A stretch of 32,427 nt of DNA from a virus, in IMG/VR virus record IMGVR_UViG_3300000298_000020, positions 1 to 32,427 of that record; one strand, given 5' to 3'. The position numbers were made by a program, and so were the translations under genes. Each line of letters starts with the position of its first letter. Within the stretch, counting starts at the first letter, position 1. The notes beneath the pieces are model-generated. The model was given only the letters and a program-made list of their open reading frames with translations. It did not search any database and was not told the DNA's origin. Below are positions 1-7,048 of the stretch, piece by piece.

Positions 1-52
1 CGAAGCTACACCTCTTGCCGAAGCTACACTTCTCGCCGAAGCTACACCTCTC
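1..52 (-). repeat. 18-bp tandem repeat (gccgaagctacacc-n-c-n-c), left-end portion of the array at 32234-32427
   Basis: Units at 17-34 and 35-52 plus a partial unit at 1-16. Same unit as at the right end of the window. Confidence 0.9.
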
Positions 53-154
53 GCTAAATTCCTTAATTAGAGAGTAATCTCCGCTCGGACATATCAAGCG
101 TCCGTTTTTGTCCCTTTCAAAATTTTTTAAATCTTCGATTGTGTATATTTTCAT
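1..154 (-). CDS. N-terminal part of Cys-containing hexapeptide-repeat protein (paralog 2); continues at 32398..31992
   Basis: ATG at 154-152. Translation is MKIYTIEDLKNFERDKNGRLICPSGDYSLIKEFS, followed by ERCSFG, EKCSFG and KRCSFG units that run off position 1. The frame matches the right-end ORF only with the 29-nt overlap removed, giving 561 nt (186 aa plus stop). Confidence 0.75.
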   Translation of the reverse strand, partial: MKIYTIEDLKNFERDKNGRLICPSGDYSLIKEFSERCSFGEKCSFGKRCSF

Positions 155-156
155 TT

Positions 157-402
157 TCAAATCTCCATTATTCTCTCGCGCAGTTCTTTCACGCTCTCTC
201 CCGCTCCCGCTTTAATCCCGCGCTGTTCCATTACCTCTTTCAAGAGCTCGGGGACCGAAAGCAGCTGCTTATACCTGCCATACGAAAGCCCCAGCTTTCC
301 CGCTTCCGTCGTAAGCTCGTCTAATTTTGTGTGCGTCCTCTTAACTTTTCCGCTGTACAGCCGCGACGCCGTCAGGCTGTCTGTTATTGTCTTTTTACGC
401 AT
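157..402 (-). CDS. Hypothetical small basic protein (81 aa)
   Basis: ORF tightly packed between the C5-MTase and the repeat protein (stop at 157, next start at 154). No family recognised. Confidence 0.5.
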   Translation of the reverse strand: MRKKTITDSLTASRLYSGKVKRTHTKLDELTTEAGKLGLSYGRYKQLLSVPELLKEVMEQRGIKAGAGESVKELRERIMEI

Positions 403-475
403 GAATTTCTACCTCGCTCAAATTTTGCAATTGCTCGGAATACCGGGTATATCTGTTGAGGAACTACAGCATTGC

Positions 476-1397
476 CTAAGCATTTAAGTCTGTCCACCCT
501 GTCGGAAACCCCATAAGCCACTCTACCCACGTCGGGTTCAATTTTCTACCAGTCCACGCCTGCATTCCTTTTCCGTTCTCTTCTGCTTTCTTCAATTTCT
601 GCCGTGCACCCGAACACCCACAGCTCGTTGCCTGTGGCTTCGGAAATACGGCGACCCACTCGCTTAGATTGCATCCAGCTTTCTTGTATTCTCCTTGCGT
701 TCTGCGTAAACCCACTTTGCGCAAACTCTCTTCGCTGTATCGCATGCGTATGGCATCGCTTGCAAGCGGCGTAGGAAATGTCTCCAGAAAAGCCACTTGT
801 TCTGATAAATGTTTTATATGGTTTTTCCTCCAGCCATTTACAAGAGATTCGTTTTGTCTCTGCGTAAATTCCCCGTCGCTTGCCATTGGAGTTCGCCACA
901 ATAAATACTCTTTTTCTTTCGTGCGATGCTCCGACGTCACAAGCTCCCCATATTCCCCATCCGACGCTATACCCCAACGCGGCAAGGTCGGCAAGTATTC
1001 ACTTGAAGTACCTTTGATTAGCTCTGGCAAACAAACCGGGTGTATTTTCACCGACAAACCAGCGCGGGCGAATCTCTCCGATAACTCTTGCCACTTCTCC
1101 CCAGAGGTCACGCTCATCACTATCGCCGAGACCTTTTCCTGCAAGGCTGTAAGGCTGGCATGGAAATCCCGCCGACAATACCGTGATTGTCTTTCTGTCG
1201 ATTCCGAGTACGGCAAGCCGCTCATTTGTAACTGTTCGTATGTCATGTAAATTCGGCACTCCTTTGAAATTTTTGGCAAGCACCTTGCTTGCGTACTCGT
1301 CTATTTCGCACTGGGCGATTGTTTTATACCCAGCCCATTCCGCCGCAAGTTCTATCCCGCCTATCCCGGTGCACAGACTCATATGTGTCAGCTCCAT
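476..1397 (-). pseudogene. dcm: DNA (cytosine-5)-methyltransferase, reading frame interrupted by an in-frame TGA and one frame change
   Basis: Frame A carries motif I LCTGIGG, motif IV GFPCQPYS, GENTPG (ENV-like), then TGA at 999-1001, then GYSVGWGIWGACDVGASHERKRVFIVA (motif VIII) in the same frame. TPMASDG, FPTPLASD and NPTWVEWLMGFPTGWT (motif X) lie in a +1 frame. The switch must occur near 890-895. Confidence 0.8.
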
Positions 1398-1407
1398 ATT
1401 TGCCCCC

Positions 1408-2241
1408 CTAAATGACTATATCGTCTAAATTGTCGAAAAGGGCATTTAACTCCTCTGCGGTATATTTCCGCTCAGACCCTGTCTCTCGCGCCCTTTTTTC
1501 ATTTTTAGATGAAGATGCCTGCGTCCGCTCTCCGTCCTGCGCACGCCCAAGCCATGCCGTTACAAATCGCATAATGCCATTCGCAGTTTTCCGATGTCGA
1601 GGATTCCCCAACAGCCACCCCTGCATTTTTCGCATCTCCTGCTCCACGTCCACAGCCGGGTATAGCGGTGCAAGCTCATCAATCGTTCCTTGCGTTACTC
1701 CGAAATTTTTTCCGTTGTTCAAAATTAAATTTACAACGACATTTTCCGGCGTCGGCGTTTCGGACGACGCATATATACTTCTATTCTTTTCTTGTTCTAT
1801 TCTATTCTGTTCTATTGGTCGGGGAACGGTCGTCGAACATTCGGGGAGCATTCGGGGAACGGTCGGGGAATGGTCGTCGAAAGCGCAATTCTCCCCCTTA
1901 CCCCCATCAATCGGTGCGGGTATCCTGCTCGGTGTAGGCTTTTCGACTTTTTGCCATGTTTTCCAATTTCTGAAAGCGTAATATTCTCTGCCGTTCCGAG
2001 CGTAAAAATCAACGGACATTTTGGAGCCTATTTCTTTTAGGGTCTTACTCACGTCGGCTATTCTTAAACCCTCATCGTAGGGGAAAATCTTACCTTTCAG
2101 AACCTTGGCTGAGGCTTCGCCTCGACCTTCGTCGTCAGCCATGCTGAATAATCCTATGAACAACAACCGCCCTCGCTCACTTAACTCGCCAAAATTTTCG
2201 TCTGTCCATATTGACGGGTCAATCATTCTTTTGCGGGGCAT
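1408..2241 (-). CDS. Putative replication initiator / replisome-organizer-like protein
   Basis: N-terminal IDPSIWTDENFGELS..LLFIGLFSMADDEGR signature as seen in phage replication proteins. Sits at the end of the recombination/replication module. Contains an iteron cluster in its central linker. Confidence 0.55.
   Translation of the reverse strand: MPRKRMIDPSIWTDENFGELSERGRLLFIGLFSMADDEGRGEASAKVLKGKIFPYDEGLRIADVSKTLKEIGSKMSVDFYARNGREYYAFRNWKTWQKVEKPTPSRIPAPIDGGKGENCAFDDHSPTVPRMLPECSTTVPRPIEQNRIEQEKNRSIYASSETPTPENVVVNLILNNGKNFGVTQGTIDELAPLYPAVDVEQEMRKMQGWLLGNPRHRKTANGIMRFVTAWLGRAQDGERTQASSSKNEKRARETGSERKYTAEELNALFDNLDDIVI
1779..1881. repeat. Putative origin of replication: AT-rich TTCTAT repeats plus iterons phased at 11 bp
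   Basis: TTCTAT at 1779, 1795, 1800 and 1810. TCGGGGA at 1819, 1841, 1852 and 1863 (spacing 22, 11, 11). TCGGGGAACGGTCG at 1819 and 1852. GGTCGTCGAA at 1828 and 1872 (44 bp apart). Confidence 0.55.
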
Positions 2242-2255
2242 TATTTCATACCTCC

Positions 2256-2480
2256 TTATCTGACGTATATTACTACCGGCTCGTTTGTCTTTTTTGCGTC
2301 TTTATCTAGCTGAGCCTTAATAAGTTCAAGCGCAACGCTTACCGTTTTACTGGGGCTTACTCCGTCGTCAAAAACGCGCTTCATTATGCTTTCATAAAAG
2401 TCCAACCGGTCTCGCGAGTCCAGGCAACGCGCTATTTCGTAGTATTCGCGCCGAAATTCAAATCCGCTCACTTTGCCCAT
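2256..2480 (-). CDS. Hypothetical protein (74 aa)
   Basis: ORF in operon context between the nuclease and the replication gene. No motif recognised. Confidence 0.5.
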   Translation of the reverse strand: MGKVSGFEFRREYYEIARCLDSRDRLDFYESIMKRVFDDGVSPSKTVSVALELIKAQLDKDAKKTNEPVVIYVR

Positions 2481-3072
2481 TTCTGTTCTCCGTTATCTTT
2501 TTTATAAAATCTTTGCCGTGCGCAGCAATCATTTCGTTGCGCCAGTAGTAATACATCATGTCCGCCATTTCGACCGCAAGGTCATACTGCGACAGATTGC
2601 ACACCGTTTTAAAGCCGTAGCGGTTGTTACAAGCCCAAGAAAGCAGTGTCGAGTAAATATGCCGACCCGCGTCATTGCCCCGCACAGAAGCCGCAGAGAG
2701 CCGCGTATGCCGCGCCTCGTACAGGCTGCGCGTGCCCTCGATGAAAAGAACGAACTCTTTCACTCCCGCGTCTTTGACGCGCTTGCATTCTTCCTCAAGG
2801 TTGTTCCGCTCTGCCGACGCTTTGTCTTTGTTTTTAGCCATGACGTTTCCGTACAGCTCTGACATGCTTCCTTTACGTTCGCCTAACCATTCGTTGCGAT
2901 AGTCCTTGCCGTCTATTCTGAACGAGTAATCGCCGCTTTTAAACGTCGTGCGCTCGATGATTAGCCCCATGTGCTTCAATGCTTTCAGATACTCGAAATT
3001 TTCCTTTTCACGAGTATCGTACAGCACGGTTGCGTTTTTGTTGAAATAATCTCTTGCAGTTATTGCCGCCAT
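2458..3072 (-). CDS. ERCC4/Mus81-type nuclease (candidate junction resolvase)
   Basis: GDYSF ... ERKGSMSELYGNV matches the GDx(n)ERKxxxDL-type ERCC4 signature. Preferred start is ATG 3072 (MAAITARDYF), preceded by AAGGAGGA at 3081-3088. Confidence 0.6.
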   Translation of the reverse strand: MAAITARDYFNKNATVLYDTREKENFEYLKALKHMGLIIERTTFKSGDYSFRIDGKDYRNEWLGERKGSMSELYGNVMAKNKDKASAERNNLEEECKRVKDAGVKEFVLFIEGTRSLYEARHTRLSAASVRGNDAGRHIYSTLLSWACNNRYGFKTVCNLSQYDLAVEMADMMYYYWRNEMIAAHGKDFIKKITENRNGQSERI

Positions 3073-3085
3073 TATGTAGTCCTCC

Positions 3086-3490
3086 TTAAAACGGCAAGTC
3101 CATATCGTCGTCGTCTTCATCGGCGGGAGGCAAATCTTCTATCCGCTCCTGCACTTCCTCCTGCTTCCGCTCCGAAGCGGACGAGAGAAATTCGACGTTG
3201 TCCGCCACCACTTCAGCAACCGTCCTTTTGTTACCGTCCCTGTCCTCGTATGAGCGTATTTGCAGACTGCCCTCGACAGCCACCTGCTTGCCTTTGGTCA
3301 GATACCGGCAGCAATTGTCCGCAAGTGTCCGCCATGCCACTACGTTTATGAAATCCGTCTGCTTGTCTCCGTTGGCGTCCCTATATCGCCTGTCTACGGC
3401 TATAGTCATTCGCGCGACGCTTACGTCGCTTGCAGTGACCAGAAGCTCGGGCGACCTCGTTAAACGTCCTATAAGTGTAATCCTGTTCAT
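3086..3490 (-). CDS. ssb: Single-stranded DNA-binding protein
   Basis: OB-fold SSB pattern (MNRITLIGRLTRSPEL ... FINVVAWRTLADNC ... VAVEGSLQIRSYEDRDGNKRTVAEVVADNVEFL) and acidic tail ending DDDDMDLPF. Confidence 0.93.
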   Translation of the reverse strand: MNRITLIGRLTRSPELLVTASDVSVARMTIAVDRRYRDANGDKQTDFINVVAWRTLADNCCRYLTKGKQVAVEGSLQIRSYEDRDGNKRTVAEVVADNVEFLSSASERKQEEVQERIEDLPPADEDDDDMDLPF

Positions 3491-3494
3491 ATCC

Positions 3495-4031
3495 TTAATT
3501 CCTCCACGTTTCTTTTAATAGCGAAAGCTCTTCCGGCGTCATAGTCTCAATTCCAAGCTCTTTTGCGTCGCTGACGACGCCGTCTATAAGCCGAGCCATT
3601 TCAGCCATATCGTATGTGCTTGAGCCGTAATACACTTGCACCTGCACTCCTTTCTTGCCGTTCACTTCGACGTCGCCCAACACGACGGATGCCCGCCATT
3701 CTTCGCATACGCGCTCTACCGCCTGCGGCTTGACTATAAGGTGGGTAAACACGCCGTAATCCCGAAGCGCCTTTAAATACAGAGCTTCCTTATCCGTCTT
3801 GAGATTTGCCGCCATTTTGTCCAGCAATACCCACAGATAGGCGTTTGCGTCAAGACTGCGGCGCTTGCGGAAAGGCTTGACGGTCAACTCTATAAGCCGT
3901 CCGTTCTCAGCCCATTTTCGCGCTTTTAAAGCCGTCTCGCGGCATTCCTGCGTGCTTTGCCGGTCCGCCGTAAAGCATAGCTCACAGCGCCCCTCAAGGT
4001 CATATTTGACCGTGCAATCCGTCACTTTCAT
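3495..4031 (-). CDS. NinB/Orf-family recombination mediator-like protein
   Basis: KRRSLDANAYLWVLL aligns by eye with lambda NinB RNRSLDQNRKLWACL. A later GSSTYDMAEMARLIDGV segment resembles lambda GQSTSRMRVGEFAELLELI. Lies in the recombination module. Confidence 0.55.
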   Translation of the reverse strand: MKVTDCTVKYDLEGRCELCFTADRQSTQECRETALKARKWAENGRLIELTVKPFRKRRSLDANAYLWVLLDKMAANLKTDKEALYLKALRDYGVFTHLIVKPQAVERVCEEWRASVVLGDVEVNGKKGVQVQVYYGSSTYDMAEMARLIDGVVSDAKELGIETMTPEELSLLKETWRN

Positions 4032-4918
4032 AATGCGCTTTTTAACGTCACCTTGACGGCGTCCTTGACGTTTGTGACTTTTTTGTAAGCCGAATAGATT
4101 TCTGGCTTATCCGCTTTGAGCTTCGTCGCGTCTACGCTCTCGCGTGTGTAAGAGTCTATGTAAGTTATCTTGAGCAAGTCATCCTCATATGATTTCACTC
4201 CCTGCTCTTTCATTCTGGCTTTTAATTCATCTTTCATTTCGTCGTAGGATTTTGTATAGATATCTATTTGCTTTTTTAAATCCGAAATGCGCCTTTCCAC
4301 GTCTGCCATGTATGCTAATTCGGATTTTGAAATTGAAAGCGCGGTCGATTTCGGAACAAACAACTCCCCGTTTCGCTCGCACTCGAACAGCCGTTCAATC
4401 TCCTCCAGTGGCTTCCGCTCGACCTCGACGAGCTTTGCCGAAGTACCGTTAAGATGTATTCCGTAAAGCGCGGACACGTTTGCGCCTGGATGCACCTTTT
4501 GAAACAGGTACTCGTAAATGGATAGCTGCCAGGCAAGCGCGTCCTTGTGCAAGGATGACGTGGTTTTGACGTCCGCTATAATGCGCCCCGACGGGCACCG
4601 TCCTATAACGTCTATAGTCCCGGCGACGAGGTTGTCATAAACGATAGCCTCGCTTGAGGTCGGAGTAATATCATGCTCCGCTATAAGGGCTTTAAAGGCG
4701 TCCAGCTCGTCCGTGAAGCCCTCTGCAGCGAATTTAATATAACTTTCTATCTCTTTATGAATAAGGCTTCCGCGCTCCGCTTTGGCGTTCAGTATATCCG
4801 CCTTGACGGTGGAGTAATCTGCCGAAAGCCCGTGCTTCTTCATGAGCTGCGTTACGCTGATGAGCTGCTTGTCGCCCAGCCAATAGGTGTGGTCACTCTC
4901 CCTGAATTTTACTTCCAT
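4028..4918 (-). CDS. PD-(D/E)XK (RecB/Cas4-like) phage exonuclease
   Basis: ESDHTYW..ISVTQL, ERGSLIHKEIE and IADVKTT (D-x-K) motifs. Preferred start is ATG 4918 (MEVKFRES), preceded by GGAGGAG. Adjacent to the annealing-protein candidate. Confidence 0.65.
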   Translation of the reverse strand: MEVKFRESDHTYWLGDKQLISVTQLMKKHGLSADYSTVKADILNAKAERGSLIHKEIESYIKFAAEGFTDELDAFKALIAEHDITPTSSEAIVYDNLVAGTIDVIGRCPSGRIIADVKTTSSLHKDALAWQLSIYEYLFQKVHPGANVSALYGIHLNGTSAKLVEVERKPLEEIERLFECERNGELFVPKSTALSISKSELAYMADVERRISDLKKQIDIYTKSYDEMKDELKARMKEQGVKSYEDDLLKITYIDSYTRESVDATKLKADKPEIYSAYKKVTNVKDAVKVTLKSAL

Positions 4919-5633
4919 TGCTCTCCTCCGCTGCTTTCGCCGCAGCCTTGCGTTTTTTGACAATTATCTTTTCCACATCCTCCGAAGTGAGCTGTTCAAC
5001 GGTCTTTTTCAGGTACGTTGCCACCTGCTCCGGCTTGACGTTAAATGCGTCCAACTCTTTCAACTGTTCTGCCGTAGGCGGATTAGGCTTGTCCGCATTT
5101 GGCTGTTCTTCGCTCTCCTGCTCTTTGAACTCTTCAGCCTCACTGTCGCTGTATATGCCCGAATACGCCAGCTTGCAGAGCTTGAGCACTACTCTGTCGA
5201 ACAGCCTTTTAAACCCCATAGCGTAAGGATATTCGTTTTTGCAGTTCTTTGCGGACACCTCGCCCACCTCGTACAGCCCTTGAGCGGGGTTGCTGTAGGT
5301 AAACACCAGGCTGTCCTTATATCCGGACTTGTCCACGCTTACGCATTCTGGCATGAATTTTCGCTTTTCATCTGCGGCGTCGTTAATCTTAAGGCACCCG
5401 TTGTGCGAGATGATTAAGCCGGAGTAATTCATCTTCGTGCCGGCAGCGTTCTTATTCATCAAAATCCAAAAATCTTCTTCGCCTACAATGCCGTGCTCTT
5501 TGATGAATTTGACAGCCACGTCCCTTGACTGTCTGTACCTTGCCGACAGTACGACAGGCAGCTCCTGCCCCGTTTTTGAGTCATACTCTTTTAATTTCTC
5601 ATTAAACATTTTTTCTTTCTCCTTCAACTTCAT
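4893..5633 (-). CDS. Putative single-strand annealing / recombination protein (family uncertain)
   Basis: Position immediately upstream of the exonuclease. YPYAMGFKRLFDRVVLKL segment with an acidic C-terminal half. Alternative start at 5609 has a GAAGGAG RBS. ATG 5633 overlaps the upstream stop as ATGA. Confidence 0.35.
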   Translation of the reverse strand: MKLKEKEKMFNEKLKEYDSKTGQELPVVLSARYRQSRDVAVKFIKEHGIVGEEDFWILMNKNAAGTKMNYSGLIISHNGCLKINDAADEKRKFMPECVSVDKSGYKDSLVFTYSNPAQGLYEVGEVSAKNCKNEYPYAMGFKRLFDRVVLKLCKLAYSGIYSDSEAEEFKEQESEEQPNADKPNPPTAEQLKELDAFNVKPEQVATYLKKTVEQLTSEDVEKIIVKKRKAAAKAAEESNGSKIQGE

Positions 5634-5773
5634 TCGTCAACTTGCCTATGTTTTATAAAATCCCACATCATTTGTAATATAAGGGCATTCATTGATATCC
5701 CCATTTCTTTCGCGGTCTTAACGAAATACGTTTTTACTTCTTCCGGCGCACGAATTAAGATTTTCTCGGTCAA
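5630..5773 (-). CDS. Small ribbon-helix-helix (Arc/CopG-like) protein, 47 aa, absent from the ORF track
   Basis: TTG at 5773 lies 8 nt after AGGAGG. Translation is TEKILIRAPEEVKTYFVKTAKEMGISMNALILQMMWDFIKHRQVDE. This gives the beta-strand plus two-helix RHH pattern. Its TGA overlaps the next ATG. Confidence 0.6.
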   Translation of the reverse strand: MTEKILIRAPEEVKTYFVKTAKEMGISMNALILQMMWDFIKHRQVDE

Positions 5774-5792
5774 TATTTTCACCTCCTTTATA

Positions 5793-5847
5793 GCGGTTAC
5801 CACCTGTCAACACTGTTATAATAACATGGCGGTTACCACCTGTCAAC
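5793..5847. promoter_or_regulatory. Two identical 19-bp direct repeats GCGGTTACCACCTGTCAAC (candidate operators)
   Basis: Copies at 5793-5811 and 5829-5847, 36 bp start to start. Each carries TTGACA on the minus strand. Confidence 0.6.
5818..5846 (-). promoter_or_regulatory. Leftward sigma-70-type promoter (TTGACA-17-TATTAT) for the recombination/replication operon
   Basis: Minus-strand TTGACA at 5846-5841, a 17-nt spacer, then TATTAT at 5823-5818. The -35 lies inside repeat copy 2. Copy 1 covers the predicted start region. Confidence 0.55.
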
Positions 5848-5921
5848 TATTTGATAGCAGTTTTTTTGTTAGCACTGTGTTATCATATAGTTAATTTATT
5901 GCCACACAAGGAGTTAATATC

Positions 5922-6113
5922 ATGGGTAAACATCTTTTTCCCCAACGCGGTCTGCGCATTGACGACGAGCTTTATCTCAAACTTCGCAAGCTGGCAGCTG
6001 ACGAAAATCGCTCTTTCAACAACTACGTCTACACACTATTGCAGCGTTTTGTTGCCGATTATGAAACCGCCAACGGTGTTATTGATGTCGATACTGACGT
6101 GCTTTATGAATAA
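5922..6113 (+). CDS. Ribbon-helix-helix (Arc/CopG-like) DNA-binding protein, antisense to the early operon
   Basis: AAGGAG lies 8 nt upstream of the ATG. RGLRIDDELYLKLRKLAADENRSFNNYVYTLLQRFV fits the RHH fold pattern. Confidence 0.6.
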   Translation: MGKHLFPQRGLRIDDELYLKLRKLAADENRSFNNYVYTLLQRFVADYETANGVIDVDTDVLYE

Positions 6114-6228
6114 GTATCAGTACATACTCGTTAAAGCTGACTCCATATCTGACAGCTTCGGTCATTAGCTGTTCCTTTAATTCTGACGGTAGCCGTAGGC
6201 TTACCGTTTCTTTTTGTGCTTTTATCAT
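6079..6228 (-). CDS. Small ribbon-helix-helix protein, 49 aa, absent from the ORF track
   Basis: Translation is MIKAQKETVSLRLPSELKEQLMTEAVRYGVSFNEYVLILIHKARQYRHQ. Its ATG overlaps the stop of the upstream HTH gene (TAATG). Its 3-prime end overlaps the convergent plus-strand RHH gene by 35 nt. Confidence 0.5.
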   Translation of the reverse strand: MIKAQKETVSLRLPSELKEQLMTEAVRYGVSFNEYVLILIHKARQYRHQ

Positions 6229-6434
6229 TATTCCCCATAAAGTGCCGCCGTCAAATCCACGACCGTCGTCGGTGCGCCGAGTTCGGTCATGGCTGCTGCT
6301 ACTTTTTTTAATGTTTTCGCTGTTGGCGTATAATTAATGCCTAATTTTGATATCGCTTGAGTTGAAACGCCTAAATGTTGAGCTACTGTTTTTACCATCA
6401 GCCCACGACGTTTCAAATACTCGCACATTGTCAT
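6228..6434 (-). CDS. Cro-like helix-turn-helix regulator (68 aa)
   Basis: VKTVAQHLGVSTQAISKL is an HTH motif. It is the first gene downstream of the operator-controlled leftward promoter, with an AAGGAGG RBS. Confidence 0.65.
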   Translation of the reverse strand: MTMCEYLKRRGLMVKTVAQHLGVSTQAISKLGINYTPTAKTLKKVAAAMTELGAPTTVVDLTAALYGE

Positions 6435-6468
6435 GCTTTATCCTCCTTGTCTTATTACTTAATCAAGC

Positions 6469-6516
6469 ACCACACTCGTCTGTGGTTTATTCGATATTAC
6501 CACATTGTTCTGTGCT
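6469..6516. promoter_or_regulatory. Two palindromic operators ACCACA-N6-TGTGGT / ACCACA-N6-TGTGCT
   Basis: O1 at 6469-6486 is a perfect inverted repeat. O2 at 6499-6516 has one mismatch. Centres are 30 bp apart. Confidence 0.6.
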
Positions 6517-6522
6517 TGTCAA
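6494..6522 (-). promoter_or_regulatory. Early leftward promoter TTGACA-17-TAATAT
   Basis: Minus-strand TTGACA at 6522-6517 and TAATAT at 6499-6494. O2 occupies the spacer and O1 lies just downstream of the predicted start. Confidence 0.65.
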
Positions 6523-6541
6523 CTAATTTGGGCGCAAAAAG

Positions 6542-6569
6542 TTGAAGTTTTCTGTGTTTTTTTTATAAT
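6542..6569 (+). promoter_or_regulatory. Rightward promoter TTGAAG-16-TATAAT for the repressor/integrase genes
   Basis: TTGAAG at 6542-6547 and TATAAT at 6564-6569. Divergent from the early leftward promoter. Confidence 0.5.
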
Positions 6570-6591
6570 AGATTTTAGAGGTCGTCCACTT

Positions 6592-6951
6592 ATGAATCTA
6601 GATTTATGGAAGCAAAGAAAAAAGGAATTGCATTTAAATTATGGAGAAATAGCCAAATCAGCAGGGGTTTCGAAAAGAACTGTTGAGGATATTTTTCGAG
6701 GATTTACGCCAACCCCCCGCATAGACACCGTTCAAGCTATTGAAAAAGCACTTGGAATAACAGACAGCGGGTTGTGGACTGCCGAAGATTACTCCGACGG
6801 AGATATTTTCAGCTTAAAAAAAATAAGCGTCACCCCCATTGAGGATGAGCTGCTTTATAAATTTAAAGAAATCGGTAACTGCGTCGGCGAAAAAGGGCAA
6901 ACCCTTTTACTCGAATTTGCAGATATAATTTTAAATGTGTTAAAAAAATAA
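6592..6951 (+). CDS. cI-like XRE-family repressor (119 aa)
   Basis: LNYGEIAKSAGVSKRTVEDIF is an HTH motif. Divergent from the cro-like gene and upstream of the integrase. Start moved to ATG 6592, downstream of the promoter. No S24 peptidase domain seen. Confidence 0.65.
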   Translation: MNLDLWKQRKKELHLNYGEIAKSAGVSKRTVEDIFRGFTPTPRIDTVQAIEKALGITDSGLWTAEDYSDGDIFSLKKISVTPIEDELLYKFKEIGNCVGEKGQTLLLEFADIILNVLKK

Positions 6952-7048
6952 AAAACGAAAATGCTTGCCAAGATAAATTTATCAACACATTAACATGTTT
7001 TTGTTAAGTTACCGCAAAAATGCGGAATAACTTAAGGAGGTAGTCACT

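Noticed and set aside
546-977. 143-aa ORF as an independent gene
   Set aside because: It is in the same frame as ORF 999-1397 and carries methyltransferase motif VIII. It is the continuation of the C5-MTase after the in-frame TGA.
999-1001. Alternative genetic code (TGA read as Trp or Gly), suggested by the in-frame TGA in the C5-MTase together with the missing endolysin (wall-less host idea)
   Set aside because: It is the only in-frame stop seen inside a conserved domain. All long ORFs (1201, 571, 488 and 419 aa) are uninterrupted, and Trp is written TGG throughout. Several genes end in TGA with ATGA-type coupling to the next start. Other same-frame adjacent ORF pairs are separated by TAA.
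5851-5891. A confident promoter call for the plus-strand RHH gene
   Set aside because: Only an extended -10-like TGTTATCAT (5878-5886) is visible, and no -35 lies at a proper distance (TTGATA is 24 nt away). I left it as an unresolved candidate rather than a feature.
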